Assembly (NCBI GenBank): GCA_024681855.1 | Contig: JAILAB010000064.1 | Location: forward strand, 3,190 to 67,189 | DNA from: Elusimicrobiales bacterium | GTDB lineage: Bacteria; Elusimicrobiota; Elusimicrobia; Elusimicrobiales; UBA9959 | Length of the DNA stretch: 64,000 nt | Reading direction: 5' to 3' | Part shown: positions 28,503 to 38,107 of the stretch, in pieces | Layout: each line of letters opens with the position of its first letter | How positions within the stretch are numbered: position 1 is the stretch's first letter | The notes under the pieces: generated by a model | Told to the model about the DNA's origin: nothing | The model's database searches: none | The model's input: only the letters and a program-made list of their open reading frames with translations | Position numbers and translations under genes: made by a program

Positions 28503-29240
28503 TCACTTAGGCTTAGTGACATGAGGATTTACAGAGCTGTCCCCCTCCGTGCCATGGATTTTTCTGTTTTTTTTGGAATAACTTTCTTTTATAGCATTAA
28601 AATTGACTGAATTTATTACCATTGCAGGACGTACTGCCCCATGGTCATTATTTACATTAAGAGCCTCATAATACAGCTCACCATTATGATTAATGCCAGA
28701 TGCCATGGACTGCACGCTTCCGGGAGTGCGAAGCCACCAGAAAGCTCTTCCGTCTTCATGTGTTTTGGCACCACGGCTTTTAGCATAAGGAGTTGGCTCA
28801 GCTAATCTGTCTGCGGGATATGGCATATACATATTTGCTTCAGAATCGCTAAGCAAGAAAATCTTATCATGAGTATTATTTCCGCCAAGAGTGCCAAAGC
28901 GCATATTTCTTGTATTCTCAACACGAAAATTCTGTATTTTTTTGCGCTCCTCCAAAGTAAAAGCCGCCTTGATAAAATCCTTGTTAAGCCATGTTCTGAG
29001 AGAGCTTTTCTGCCATGTAATGCCAGTTATTTTTTTATGAAAAGGCATGGCATCAAGGCATTGCCTGCTTATAAGCAGCAGATTGCCATTATAATCTTTG
29101 TGTATGACAGTCCACTCAATTTTTTTTCTTGCTCCGGATTCCTTATATGGATACGAGCCAAATTTTAAAACATCTCCTATTTCCTGAGCGCTTGCAGGGA
29201 CTGCTGCCATAAGAATAAACATTAGAATAATTTTTTTCAT
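28503..29240 (-). CDS. Secreted single-module DUF6273-type protein
   Basis: Signal peptide MKKIILMFILMAAVPASAQE, then GDVLKFGSYPY...IEWTVI...LRTWLNKDF...DKIFLLS...PTPYA...FWWLRTPG...VRPAMVIN. Confidence 0.8.
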   Translation of the reverse strand: MKKIILMFILMAAVPASAQEIGDVLKFGSYPYKESGARKKIEWTVIHKDYNGNLLLISRQCLDAMPFHKKITGITWQKSSLRTWLNKDFIKAAFTLEERKKIQNFRVENTRNMRFGTLGGNNTHDKIFLLSDSEANMYMPYPADRLAEPTPYAKSRGAKTHEDGRAFWWLRTPGSVQSMASGINHNGELYYEALNVNNDHGAVRPAMVINSVNFNAIKESYSKKNRKIHGTEGDSSVNPHVTKPK

Positions 29241-29350
29241 TTTTTCCGCCTTTTCTTTTTATAACTTTGTTAAATTGTAAGAGACATGGAAACAGCTGCC
29301 TGTCCGGATGCAAATGCAATTCTGCAAAAAATTTTCATAAATTAAAATTT

Positions 29351-30139
29351 TTAATCACTGCCGTAAGACTTAAAAGGTCTTGCTGGCTGTGCAATGCCAT
29401 AATGCGGTGCAATAAAACCGCTGGCATTGGCTTTTTTTAGCTCAGAGCCTGAATTTATGATCGGCTTCAATTCCCCGGGCTTGCCCCAATGATTATCTTT
29501 CTCTTCTTCCCCATAAATAACAGTTCCCCATCTTTCATTATGTTTCTTATTAGGCCTGAGACTAGACTGCTGTATGCGTATCACTGGCCTGACCATTTTC
29601 TTTTCCTTACTGCTGTGCAGCCTTTCGGTATTTTCAGAAACTTCACCGTAGGAATTCACTACGCTGCCTTTATCTCCGGTCGCCATAATCCACCATTCCG
29701 CATTACCGTTAATCTCATTGGCATATACACCATGTCTTAGAGCATAGGGGGTGGGACTTGCCATTGCCTTTTTAGAATTTTTAAAAAACCTTAACACTTC
29801 CATTGCGTTTAAAATTCTCACATTTCCAGCTACTATTGACTCCCTGTGCGTGAAAGCCTTTTTTTTAAAATCTGTGTTTAGCCATTTATTAAGGCCGCAT
29901 TCTGACCAGCTGCTATGCCCTTTGCTGTCATAATCCGCAGCATCAATTCCATTTACCGTAATCAAAGTAAGCTTTGAAAAACTATTATCCAGAACCATCC
30001 ATTTCAAAGGCTCTTTACTCTTTGCTATATTATACGGATATCTTCCGAACTCCACCACGTCCCCAACATTCTGAGCAAATGACAAAGCAGGAAAAGATAT
30101 AAAAAGCAAAACAAATACTTTTAAAACAATCCTGAACAT
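29351..30139 (-). CDS. Secreted single-module DUF6273-type protein, divergent member
   Basis: Signal peptide, then GDVVEFGRYPY...LKWMVL...LNKWLNTDF...PTPYA...EWWIMATG...VRPVIRIQ. The DKVFLLS and WWLR motifs are degraded. It starts 9 nt after the upstream stop. Confidence 0.7.
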   Translation of the reverse strand: MFRIVLKVFVLLFISFPALSFAQNVGDVVEFGRYPYNIAKSKEPLKWMVLDNSFSKLTLITVNGIDAADYDSKGHSSWSECGLNKWLNTDFKKKAFTHRESIVAGNVRILNAMEVLRFFKNSKKAMASPTPYALRHGVYANEINGNAEWWIMATGDKGSVVNSYGEVSENTERLHSSKEKKMVRPVIRIQQSSLRPNKKHNERWGTVIYGEEEKDNHWGKPGELKPIINSGSELKKANASGFIAPHYGIAQPARPFKSYGSD

Positions 30140-30148
30140 AGCAGATTA

Positions 30149-31003
30149 TTATTTCTTAGCCGATTTGTCTTTTTTTGACTCTTTAACTGAGGAAGGCTTA
30201 TTTTTTTCGGATTCTGCTTTTTTCTGCTTCTCCTTTTTTATGTCTTGATTCTTCCGTTCTTTCTCAGGCTGAGAGAGCTTATGATTACCGTTTTTTTGTT
30301 CTTGCAAAGAAGCAGCGCCGCTCATAGAAATTACAGAATAAGAATTTTTAGAAAGCCTTTCTAATTTTTTAAGATTAAGCTGTATTATTGGCCTCACGGC
30401 AAGATTATCCACATGCACCGGCATGCCCCCGGCATCAATATTTCCGCTTGCGTCAATATATGCCACGGTATGCTCAGTGTCTCCAGGATTGCGCAGCCAC
30501 CACCATGAGCTGCCGCCGCATGAAACGCATTCCGGCACATTCCGCTTCTGCGCATAAGGAGTAACATAAAGCCTTCGGCTTCCCGCATCAGGAAAGACCA
30601 TTTTTGCCTCACCTATTGTAAGAATTGATATTTCGCCTTTTACAATGCCTTTCTGCTCAAACTTATTGAAAGCTTTATTTTTAAATTCCTTTTTGAGCCA
30701 TTTGCGCAATTCGCTTTTTTTCCAGTTATTTTCACTATCATCAAAGCGCCTGCCTTCAAGACCATATAAGCTTAAGAGGTAAAGGCTGCCATCCTTATTT
30801 TTTTGCAGCACTATCCATTCTATAGGCTTCACTCCTCCGCTAATATCCATGGGATATCTTCCAAACAGAAGATGATCTCCGGCTTCCTGGGCATAAAGCT
30901 GAGCAGATGAAAGAAAAAACAAAAAAAATGCAGCAATAAAAGAAAATATTTTTGCTAATCTTGAAAAATTACAGGATTTAAGGATTTTTTTCATTTCATT
31001 CAT
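30149..31003 (-). CDS. Secreted single-module DUF6273-type protein with Lys-rich tail
   Basis: ATG at 31001-31003 preceded by GAGGAGG (the track start at 31018 is a TTG). GDHLLFGRYP...PIEWIVL...LRKWLKKEF...TPYA...SWWWLRNPG...VRPIIQLNL, then KEKQKKAESEKNKPSSVKESKKDKSAKK. Confidence 0.8.
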   Translation of the reverse strand: MNEMKKILKSCNFSRLAKIFSFIAAFFLFFLSSAQLYAQEAGDHLLFGRYPMDISGGVKPIEWIVLQKNKDGSLYLLSLYGLEGRRFDDSENNWKKSELRKWLKKEFKNKAFNKFEQKGIVKGEISILTIGEAKMVFPDAGSRRLYVTPYAQKRNVPECVSCGGSSWWWLRNPGDTEHTVAYIDASGNIDAGGMPVHVDNLAVRPIIQLNLKKLERLSKNSYSVISMSGAASLQEQKNGNHKLSQPEKERKNQDIKKEKQKKAESEKNKPSSVKESKKDKSAKK

Positions 31004-31118
31004 ATAAGACCTCCTCAAAAGAGCTGCGGACTAAGCCTATATGCAGCTGAAACAAGCATACTTATTATACAACATTTACTTAAAAATAGCCCCGCACAGG
31101 CAATTAGCAGAAAAAATT

Positions 31119-32657
31119 TTATAAGGAGCTTTCATATAATGATTTTAGAAGCTGCTCATGATAAGAATCCAGCTTTGATGCCGTTCCGGAATAATTATTT
31201 AATATGAAAGAGAAAGAAAGCAGCTTTCCCTCTTTTGTCTTAAGATAACCCGCATAAGAGCGCACTCCATTGAGAGAGCCAGATTTTATATGAAGGCATT
31301 CAGGAGGAATATCTCTGCCAAAACGGCGGATATGGCCAAATGCCTCAGGATCTCCCGGAAACACAAGGCTGGAAAGATAATCATTAAAGTATTTTTTCTT
31401 TGAAACGGCTGCAAGAATTGAAGAAAATGTGTCTGTTTTCACAAGATTGCGGCGGGAAAGGCCGCATGCGTCTATAAGCTTAAGCTCAGATATGTCTGTA
31501 CCGAGCTTTTGAATAAAAGCTTTAAGAATGTCTATGCCTGCATCGCCGGAAGCGGGCAAAATGCCTTTTGCTGCTGCGAGCTGGCGAAGCAAAATTTCCG
31601 CATAAAGATTAAAGCTGCGCTTATTGGTCACGCGCACGATATCCCTAACCGGAACGCCCTGAACAGTGGAAAGCATTTTATATTTTTTCTTCTCTAGCAG
31701 ACCATTTAAAGGATCTGATGAAACCGGCATTCCGTTTTCCCGAAGGAAAGCAGTAAATTCTTTTGCTGCCGCCAAGGAAGGATCCGGCAATGCCCCTTTC
31801 ACGGAAAAATTTTTTGAGCCAAGAGGAAGCGTTCCCCTAGCCACGGCCTTCTCAATGCCAGGGAAAGAATAAATGAAAACATTATCGCCGCTGCCCTTTT
31901 CGGCAGTAGTAACCAAAGACTCAAAAACCATGCCGCTAAGAACAGGATCTGTGCGCAAGAAAACAGCAGGATCTCCAATTTTCCGGCCAGCGTCAAAATA
32001 AATGCGGTACAGATTATCGCGTATCGTAAGGGCAGAAGGGGCAGCGGCATAATAATTGCCTATGTCCTCCCAAGCCCATGAACCGGGCTGATGCGATTCA
32101 AAAAGAGAAGAATCCGCAATCACCGATCCCTCAATTTTTAGTATTCCCTTTTTTCTTATTTCTTCCAGCCATCTGGCAAAAGTTTTTTCCAAAGGTTCCG
32201 CTGATTTAAGAAATTCTGATCCAAGGGAAGGATCTCCTCCTCCCCTGATTAACAGATTCCCTGCCAAAATACCGTCATGTATTCTGCCGGAATAGTAAAA
32301 CTCAGTGTTAAATCTTTTTTCAGGGCCGAGAATATCTAATGCGGCAGCGGTAACAAACAGTTTCAGGGCACTGGCTGGAACAAGGTTCATGTATGGATTT
32401 TTTTCTAGAACAGTCTTTCCTGTATCTGTATCTTTAACGCTTACTGACCATAGGGCATTTTTCATCTGCGGCTGGGCAGATATTGTTTCCAAAACTTGAA
32501 CGGGAGCAAACACGGCATTCTCCTGCTCAGTCTCATCCTCATTTTCAGCAGAATTTGCAAAACAAGGAAAAAACAAAAAAACAGCTAAGAAAAGAAATAG
32601 AGTTTCTCCAAAACGGCAAAGATTGAAAAAAATACAATTATTCAGCTTTAAACACAT
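31119..32657 (-). CDS. dacB: D-alanyl-D-alanine carboxypeptidase/endopeptidase, PBP4 (S13) family
   Basis: 512 aa with an N-terminal signal/anchor. SxxK context PASALKLFVTAAAL. GGGDPSLG and IKSGSLNGVRSYAGY are PBP4-type motifs. Confidence 0.8.
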   Translation of the reverse strand: MCLKLNNCIFFNLCRFGETLFLFLAVFLFFPCFANSAENEDETEQENAVFAPVQVLETISAQPQMKNALWSVSVKDTDTGKTVLEKNPYMNLVPASALKLFVTAAALDILGPEKRFNTEFYYSGRIHDGILAGNLLIRGGGDPSLGSEFLKSAEPLEKTFARWLEEIRKKGILKIEGSVIADSSLFESHQPGSWAWEDIGNYYAAAPSALTIRDNLYRIYFDAGRKIGDPAVFLRTDPVLSGMVFESLVTTAEKGSGDNVFIYSFPGIEKAVARGTLPLGSKNFSVKGALPDPSLAAAKEFTAFLRENGMPVSSDPLNGLLEKKKYKMLSTVQGVPVRDIVRVTNKRSFNLYAEILLRQLAAAKGILPASGDAGIDILKAFIQKLGTDISELKLIDACGLSRRNLVKTDTFSSILAAVSKKKYFNDYLSSLVFPGDPEAFGHIRRFGRDIPPECLHIKSGSLNGVRSYAGYLKTKEGKLLSFSFILNNYSGTASKLDSYHEQLLKSLYESSL

Positions 32658-32741
32658 GATAATTTGTCCATAATGCCTGCTTCTTCAATTAGCAAAAAAA
32701 GCCTATTCCGGCAGAAAATAAAACTAAATCACAGCGTGAGC

Positions 32742-33752
32742 CTAACGAGTTTCCGTAACCTTAGCTAAGCCCTTAGGGGAATCAGGGTTAAGCCCGCGTT
32801 TCAAAGACAGATTAAGGGCAGCAATCTTAAGGCGTATGTCTGTAATAAGACGGCTGAAAGGGGCTTTTCCTTCCGGCTCATAAAGCTCAGCATAGTTAAC
32901 CCCGCGCAATTCAAGAGCTTTCTTGACCCTTTTCAAATCTTCGGGCATCTCCGAATACGGGCTTAATAGGAAAACAAAATCATTTTCCGTATAAGCGCCA
33001 ACAGGCCCATGCAGGAAATCAGCCGCAGAATAGCCGACCGCATGAGCTCTGGCCATTTCACGGAATTTCAATGCGGCATCTGCAGCAACGGCATTATATG
33101 TACCGCGGCCTATAAAGCCTATCATGCCTGCACGGCCAAGCTTGTCAATATAAGCACTGCCCATTTCCGCAAATGAATTGCTAAGCATAATATCAATTAT
33201 TTTGACAGTATCATCAAAATCTTTAAATGAAAAGCAGCCCTCCCAGGATTGTGCCGCCCATAAGGCCATCCAAAGCTGAAGTATAAAACTTTTTGTCGCA
33301 GCCACCGGCAGCTCCGGCGAACGGGAAAGAAGTATATGCCTGCCCGCCGTCTGCGCAAGAGGATTCTTATCAATATCGGCCTCATTAGTTACTGCTGTGC
33401 CTTCCGCCCCCCATGACATAAGCTTTTTAAGACATTCCACTATGTCAGGGCTCTTGCCAGACTGGGAATAGGCCCAGACTGCGCTGTTTTTAAAATTTAA
33501 TGGTTTGCGGGCTTCAAAAATAGAATGCGGCCTTATGAAATTTGATATTGTTCCAGTATACTCCTCAAAAATATATTTTGCGAAAAGAGTGGCATTGCTT
33601 GAAGATCCCCGGCCCAAAAGATATATTACCCCGCTTTCAGGGCGCAAAAAGAATTCTTTCATTTGCGAAACGCGGGAAGAAAAATCCGCAAGCAGTGAAG
33701 GGATTTCCTTAATATCTTTTCCAGTAAGAGTTTCTTCAGCTTTAATCATCAT
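32742..33752 (-). CDS. Double-SIS-domain sugar-phosphate isomerase/deaminase (GlmS isomerase-domain-like, no glutaminase domain)
   Basis: LLGRGSSSNA and AYSQSGKSPD SIS motifs, a second SIS half, and a C-terminal NPDSPKGLAKVTETR resembling the GlmS C-terminus. The start is ambiguous: ATG at 33752 or 33749, track TTG at 33761. Confidence 0.65.
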   Translation of the reverse strand: MMIKAEETLTGKDIKEIPSLLADFSSRVSQMKEFFLRPESGVIYLLGRGSSSNATLFAKYIFEEYTGTISNFIRPHSIFEARKPLNFKNSAVWAYSQSGKSPDIVECLKKLMSWGAEGTAVTNEADIDKNPLAQTAGRHILLSRSPELPVAATKSFILQLWMALWAAQSWEGCFSFKDFDDTVKIIDIMLSNSFAEMGSAYIDKLGRAGMIGFIGRGTYNAVAADAALKFREMARAHAVGYSAADFLHGPVGAYTENDFVFLLSPYSEMPEDLKRVKKALELRGVNYAELYEPEGKAPFSRLITDIRLKIAALNLSLKRGLNPDSPKGLAKVTETR

Positions 33753-33810
33753 CAACCTCAATATCTTGTATTATATTTCAAAATGAATCTATAGCCTTGC
33801 GCGCAAGCTT

Positions 33811-34506
33811 TCAGTCTATGCCAAGCCATTTAAGCCAGGCATCTATGTTCTCATAATCTGGCTGCAAAAAATCAGGCTGCGATTCCGTTATTTTTGCCGG
33901 ATCACCGAAGCCGCTGGTAACTACAGCGCTATGGAAGCCTGCTTCCTTTGCCGCATACACGTCTTTATGCGTATCGCCTATAACATAAGCTTCAGCCTCG
34001 CCCGGTCTCAAATCCGCAAGAAAGCAGCCTCGCTGCACCCCTACTCGCAGCATCTTGCTGCGGTTATGGGAATCTTCGCCATATCCGCCATAGGGGAAAT
34101 AGCGGCCTAAACCTGACGGGGCAAGCTTTATGAAAGCTCCGCGTTCCACATTGCCTGTTCCCATGCCGACAAGAACATTCTTATGCTTAGAAAGACATTC
34201 CAAAAAGGCCTCAATTCCTTTCAATATGGAATAAAGGCCATTTTGAACCGACCACTCCACTTCATGAGGAAGCCTTGCAAGATAACGGTCTGTTATTTCC
34301 TTAAGCTGTTCACCGGAAGGCTCATGTCCGGCAGCCACCCGGTAAGCATTAGTAAAATTCACTTTGTCCGTAGTGCCGTTAAGATCAATTTTTGAGCTGG
34401 CATTCTCAAATCCAGTCATGTGCTGTATGGCATAATCAAGGGCGCGAGAGCCGGCATGTCCTGCTTTAACGAGAGTTCCGTCAAGATCAAAAAGAACCAG
34501 CTTCAT
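33811..34506 (-). CDS. HAD-superfamily phosphatase (phosphoglycolate-phosphatase-like)
   Basis: MKLVLFDLDGTLV motif I, GMGTGN, VIGDTHKDVYAAKEAG motif IV. The ATG at 34504-34506 forms an ATGA overlap with the hutI stop. Confidence 0.75.
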   Translation of the reverse strand: MKLVLFDLDGTLVKAGHAGSRALDYAIQHMTGFENASSKIDLNGTTDKVNFTNAYRVAAGHEPSGEQLKEITDRYLARLPHEVEWSVQNGLYSILKGIEAFLECLSKHKNVLVGMGTGNVERGAFIKLAPSGLGRYFPYGGYGEDSHNRSKMLRVGVQRGCFLADLRPGEAEAYVIGDTHKDVYAAKEAGFHSAVVTSGFGDPAKITESQPDFLQPDYENIDAWLKWLGID

Positions 34507-35804
34507 TTTGCCTCCCTGCTGCAAGAGGCAGAAATGCCTTTTGCATGCTTATTTCCAGCTTCATACACGGTAACTCCGGCAATAACTGTACGGACACAGG
34601 CATTGTCACCGAAGAAATAGGCCAGTTCGCGGTAATCATCATAATCAAAAAAAGCCAGATCAGCTCGCATTCCCGGCATTATCATTCCCCTATCTTCAAG
34701 GCCCAATGCCTTCGCTCCGTTTATCGTAGCGGCGCACAATGCTTCTTCCGGGGCAAGCCCGCAATTTACGCATGCGCATGAAATGACAAACTGCATATTA
34801 AGGCATGGACAGGTTCCAGGATTAAAATCAGTAGCAATGGCTACCGGTATTCCGGCCTGAATAAATTCCCTTGCCGGAGGAAATTTTTTCAATCCAAGAA
34901 AATAATTTGAAGCAGGAAGCAGCGCAGCTATCGTCCCGGAATCTTTCATTGCCGCAATGTCTTCTGCGGCGCAATAATCTGCATGATCAGCGCTTATTGC
35001 CCCGCATGCCGCAGCCGCTGCCGTGCCGCCGCTGCGGCTCATCTGTTCCACATGAGCTTTTGGAAGCATGCCATGCTTACGCGCAGAATTCAGATAGCGC
35101 TTTGCCTGCGCCGGAGAAAAATAGCCTTTCTCGCAAAAAATATCAGCGAACTTGGCAAGACCTTCCTTTTCAACTGACGGAAAAATTTCCTTTTCAATAT
35201 AATCAAGATAGTCATCAGCATGTCCGGCAAATTCCGGAGGCACGCTATGGGCAGCAAGCAGCGTCGGAATCATTGTAAGAGGCGTCTTCTCCGAAGCGGA
35301 TTTTATCGCCTTTAACATTTTCAATTCTGAATCGCGGTCAAGACCGTATCCGCTTTTTACTTCTGCTGTCCCTGTTCCTGCTTTAATAAAGCTTCCGGCT
35401 CTTATAAGCAAGGACTTTTCCAAATCTTCTGCTGAGGCTGCCCTTACAGCACCTATGCTTGAATTGATTCCGCCGCCAGCCTGTTTTATCTCAGCATAGC
35501 TTGCGCCCGCAGTTCGCATGGAAAAATCTTTCAGCCTGGGTTCGGCAAATACGGCATGAGTGTGGCTGTCAATAAAAGCCGGCAGGCATATTCCGCCAGT
35601 CTCAATTGCTTCAGCATCGGCAGCTTCTGGAAGGGACTCTACTATGCGCCTCGGCCCGGCCGCAATAATTTTGTCTCCGCTTACAAGAACTGCGGCATTC
35701 TCTATAAGGCCTGTTTCACGCTGCGCATGGCCTGAACGGGGAGAATTTTCCCCTGTAAAAGCAAGCAGCTGCTTTATTCCTGTATAAATGGTCTTCATCT
35801 TCAA
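34503..35804 (-). CDS. hutI: Imidazolonepropionase
   Basis: 433 aa amidohydrolase. LPAFIDSHTHAVF metal motif, EVKSGYGL, AHVEQMS and IATDFNPG, typical of HutI. Confidence 0.85.
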   Translation of the reverse strand: MKMKTIYTGIKQLLAFTGENSPRSGHAQRETGLIENAAVLVSGDKIIAAGPRRIVESLPEAADAEAIETGGICLPAFIDSHTHAVFAEPRLKDFSMRTAGASYAEIKQAGGGINSSIGAVRAASAEDLEKSLLIRAGSFIKAGTGTAEVKSGYGLDRDSELKMLKAIKSASEKTPLTMIPTLLAAHSVPPEFAGHADDYLDYIEKEIFPSVEKEGLAKFADIFCEKGYFSPAQAKRYLNSARKHGMLPKAHVEQMSRSGGTAAAAACGAISADHADYCAAEDIAAMKDSGTIAALLPASNYFLGLKKFPPAREFIQAGIPVAIATDFNPGTCPCLNMQFVISCACVNCGLAPEEALCAATINGAKALGLEDRGMIMPGMRADLAFFDYDDYRELAYFFGDNACVRTVIAGVTVYEAGNKHAKGISASCSREAK

Positions 35805-35847
35805 TGATTATTCAATAACTAGAAAAAACATGCCGCAAAAAAGCATT

Positions 35848-36345
35848 TTAGCGGAAATTGTCAAACTGCAAGCTAAGGCCATAATCACCGCCGCGCAAAA
35901 AAGACATCACATTCTGAAGTTCGTCTTTGCTCTTTGAAGAGACGCGCAAGGAATCTCCCTGAATGGAAATGTTCACCTTGAACTTTTTTTCCTTAACAGC
36001 CTTTATCATTTCCTTGGCCTTGTCCTGCGGAATGCCCTGCTGAACAGTAACCTGTTGCTTTACCTTACCGCCAAGGGAGTTTTCTATCTTCTGAGGCTTG
36101 AAATTCTTCAGAGGAAGATTGCGCTTGGCCAGCTTAGTAAGCAGAACATCAAATAAAGCCTTGATTTTATACTCATCGGCAGAAAACATCTGTATCACAT
36201 TCGTTTTCTTGTCAAATTTTATATCGGAATCTGAACCGCGGAAATCATAGCGGTTGACAATTTCCTTCATAGCAATGGAAATAGCCTCATCCACAAGATT
36301 TCCGTCTACCTTTGAAACCACATCAAAACTATATTCGCTAGCCAT
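35848..36345 (-). CDS. yajQ: YajQ-family (UPF0234) nucleotide-binding protein
   Basis: 165 aa. MASEYSFDVVSKVDGNLVDEAISIAMKEIVNRYDFRGS...QGDSLRVSSKSKDELQ matches the YajQ pattern. Confidence 0.85.
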   Translation of the reverse strand: MASEYSFDVVSKVDGNLVDEAISIAMKEIVNRYDFRGSDSDIKFDKKTNVIQMFSADEYKIKALFDVLLTKLAKRNLPLKNFKPQKIENSLGGKVKQQVTVQQGIPQDKAKEMIKAVKEKKFKVNISIQGDSLRVSSKSKDELQNVMSFLRGGDYGLSLQFDNFR

Positions 36346-36450
36346 GTATCATCTCTCCTTGCATAACAATAAAAAAACTGTTGCTTATTAAGGATATTTT
36401 ATAAATAATGTCCGCAGCCTTCAAGCAATACGAAATGAAGATTTACAAAT

Positions 36451-36660
36451 TTATATAAGCTTTTTTACGAATTTCTCTGCATCTGCCATGTCAGCCGCAG
36501 GCTCAAAGCGGGCGACAATTTCCCCTTGCGGGTTATAATGCGCTTATCAAGGTTCCGCTTTATCTTTTGTCTGCCTGCATAATCAGGATCTTAACCTGCC
36601 AGCATTCAGATTCAGAACATTCTCTTTTTGACATAACTGAAAAGCCTTTCTGCTTTTTCA
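36451..36660 (-). pseudogene. Remnant of the 3' third of a glutathione-peroxidase-like gene (frameshifted, stops, no N-terminus)
   Basis: Minus-strand frames read ..AERLFSYVKKR.., then DPDYAGRQKIKRNLDKRII (compare GPx IKWNFTKFLI). After a frameshift comes HYNPQGEIVARFEPAADMADAEKFVKKLI-stop (compare GPx DRDGxVVxRFxPxxxP...I..LL). In-frame stops interrupt it and the catalytic Cys region is not present. Confidence 0.45.
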
Positions 36661-36847
36661 TAAAAAACATTAAGCGCATAAACGCACATATAAAAGCGTC
36701 CTAAACCATGATTTCCTAAACGAAAGGCATGTCAAAAACTCTTTAATACATTCATGTAAAGGAGATTTGATTTATTGGCTAATGCCATTCAAACAGAATA
36801 TGTTAAAATTCAAATAATATTATTGCGGATAATTGTATAATATTCTT

Positions 36848-38107
36848 ATGCGTCCTTCCCTTTTTTATAAACAATGCAATGCAAAAACAGCCAAGGCGCT
36901 AACTTTTTTTCTCATATCAATATTTGCCATAGGCCTGGCAGCATTTTCAACCCCCTTCAGATATAAAGCAATGCCGCTGCCGGAAAAAATGAAAGGAGCA
37001 TGGATAGCCACTGTGGAAAACATAGACTATCCTTCAAAACCAGGACTTTCCGTAAAAGAGCAGAAAAAGGAATATATCGCATTGCTGGATGCATTAAACG
37101 AAGCCGGAATAAACACCGTATTTATGCAGGTTCGCCCAACAGCCGACACCTTCTGGCCGTCTGCTCTTGACCCGTGGAGCATTTATCTCACCGGCAAACA
37201 GGGAAAAAAGCCAGGACTGCTGTACAATCCGCTGAAATTCATGATTGAAGAAACGCATAAGCGGGGAATGTCTTTTCATGCCTGGCTTAATCCGTACCGC
37301 GTAACTAACATTATGAAAACAGAGCTTGACAAAAAAAGCTATGCGAAAAAAAATCCAGAAATAATCACGGAATATGGCGGCAAGACATACTATAATCCGG
37401 CCAGGAAGGAATCGCGCAATCACAATGCCGAAATAATCACTGAACTGCTGAAAGAATACAAGATTGACGGCATACATTTTGACGATTATTTTTATCCATA
37501 TCCCGTTCAGAAAAACAAACAGGATATAGATTTCCCAGATTCAGAAGATTATGAAGCATACCAGGCCGCCGGAGGCACTATGTCCAAGGCAGACTGGAGG
37601 CGAGACAATGTGAACCAGCTCATAAGGGAGCTTCATGAAACCATAAAAAAAATAAAGCCGGACGCAGCTTTCGGCATAAGCCCTTTCGGAATATGGCGCA
37701 ATAAAAGCGAGGAAGTCCCTGACGGTTCAGACACTTCTGCTTTCCAATGCTATGAAAAGCTCTATGCTGACACCCGCGAATGGATAAAGCAGGGCTGGAT
37801 TGACTATATAATGCCGCAGCTTTATTGGCATTATGGGCACAAGACAGCGCCTTATGGCCTCCTGCTGGACTGGTGGGACAGGGAAACCCAAAACTATGGC
37901 AATGGCAAAGTAAAGCTTTACATAGGCTTGGCCCTTTACAAGCACAGCGATAAAGCTGCCGGATGGAAGAACGGAGAGCTTGAAAAACAGCTGAAAGACA
38001 TTGAAGAGAGAAACACAGTTTCCGGAGGAGTGTTCTTCAGCGCAAAATATTTTCTAAAAAACGAAAACAGAGAAAAAGAAATAGTAAAAGGATTCTACGA
38101 AAAATGA
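36848..38107 (+). CDS. Glycosyl-hydrolase-like family 10 (GHL10 / YngK-type) protein
   Basis: N-terminal anchor, then KGAWIATVENIDYPS...GINTVFMQVRPTADTFWPSALDPWS...GKQGKKPG...YNPLKFMIEETHKRGMSFHAWLNPYRV. The start is ATG 36848 or the track's TTG at 36833. Confidence 0.75.
   Translation: MRPSLFYKQCNAKTAKALTFFLISIFAIGLAAFSTPFRYKAMPLPEKMKGAWIATVENIDYPSKPGLSVKEQKKEYIALLDALNEAGINTVFMQVRPTADTFWPSALDPWSIYLTGKQGKKPGLLYNPLKFMIEETHKRGMSFHAWLNPYRVTNIMKTELDKKSYAKKNPEIITEYGGKTYYNPARKESRNHNAEIITELLKEYKIDGIHFDDYFYPYPVQKNKQDIDFPDSEDYEAYQAAGGTMSKADWRRDNVNQLIRELHETIKKIKPDAAFGISPFGIWRNKSEEVPDGSDTSAFQCYEKLYADTREWIKQGWIDYIMPQLYWHYGHKTAPYGLLLDWWDRETQNYGNGKVKLYIGLALYKHSDKAAGWKNGELEKQLKDIEERNTVSGGVFFSAKYFLKNENREKEIVKGFYEK

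Noticed and set aside
36746-36832. AAAGGAG followed by short TTG/ATG-initiated peptides (16-21 aa) as a leader peptide for the GHL10 gene
   Set aside because: Several overlapping tiny frames are possible and none has a convincing start spacing or recognisable sequence. Without conservation data this is not callable.
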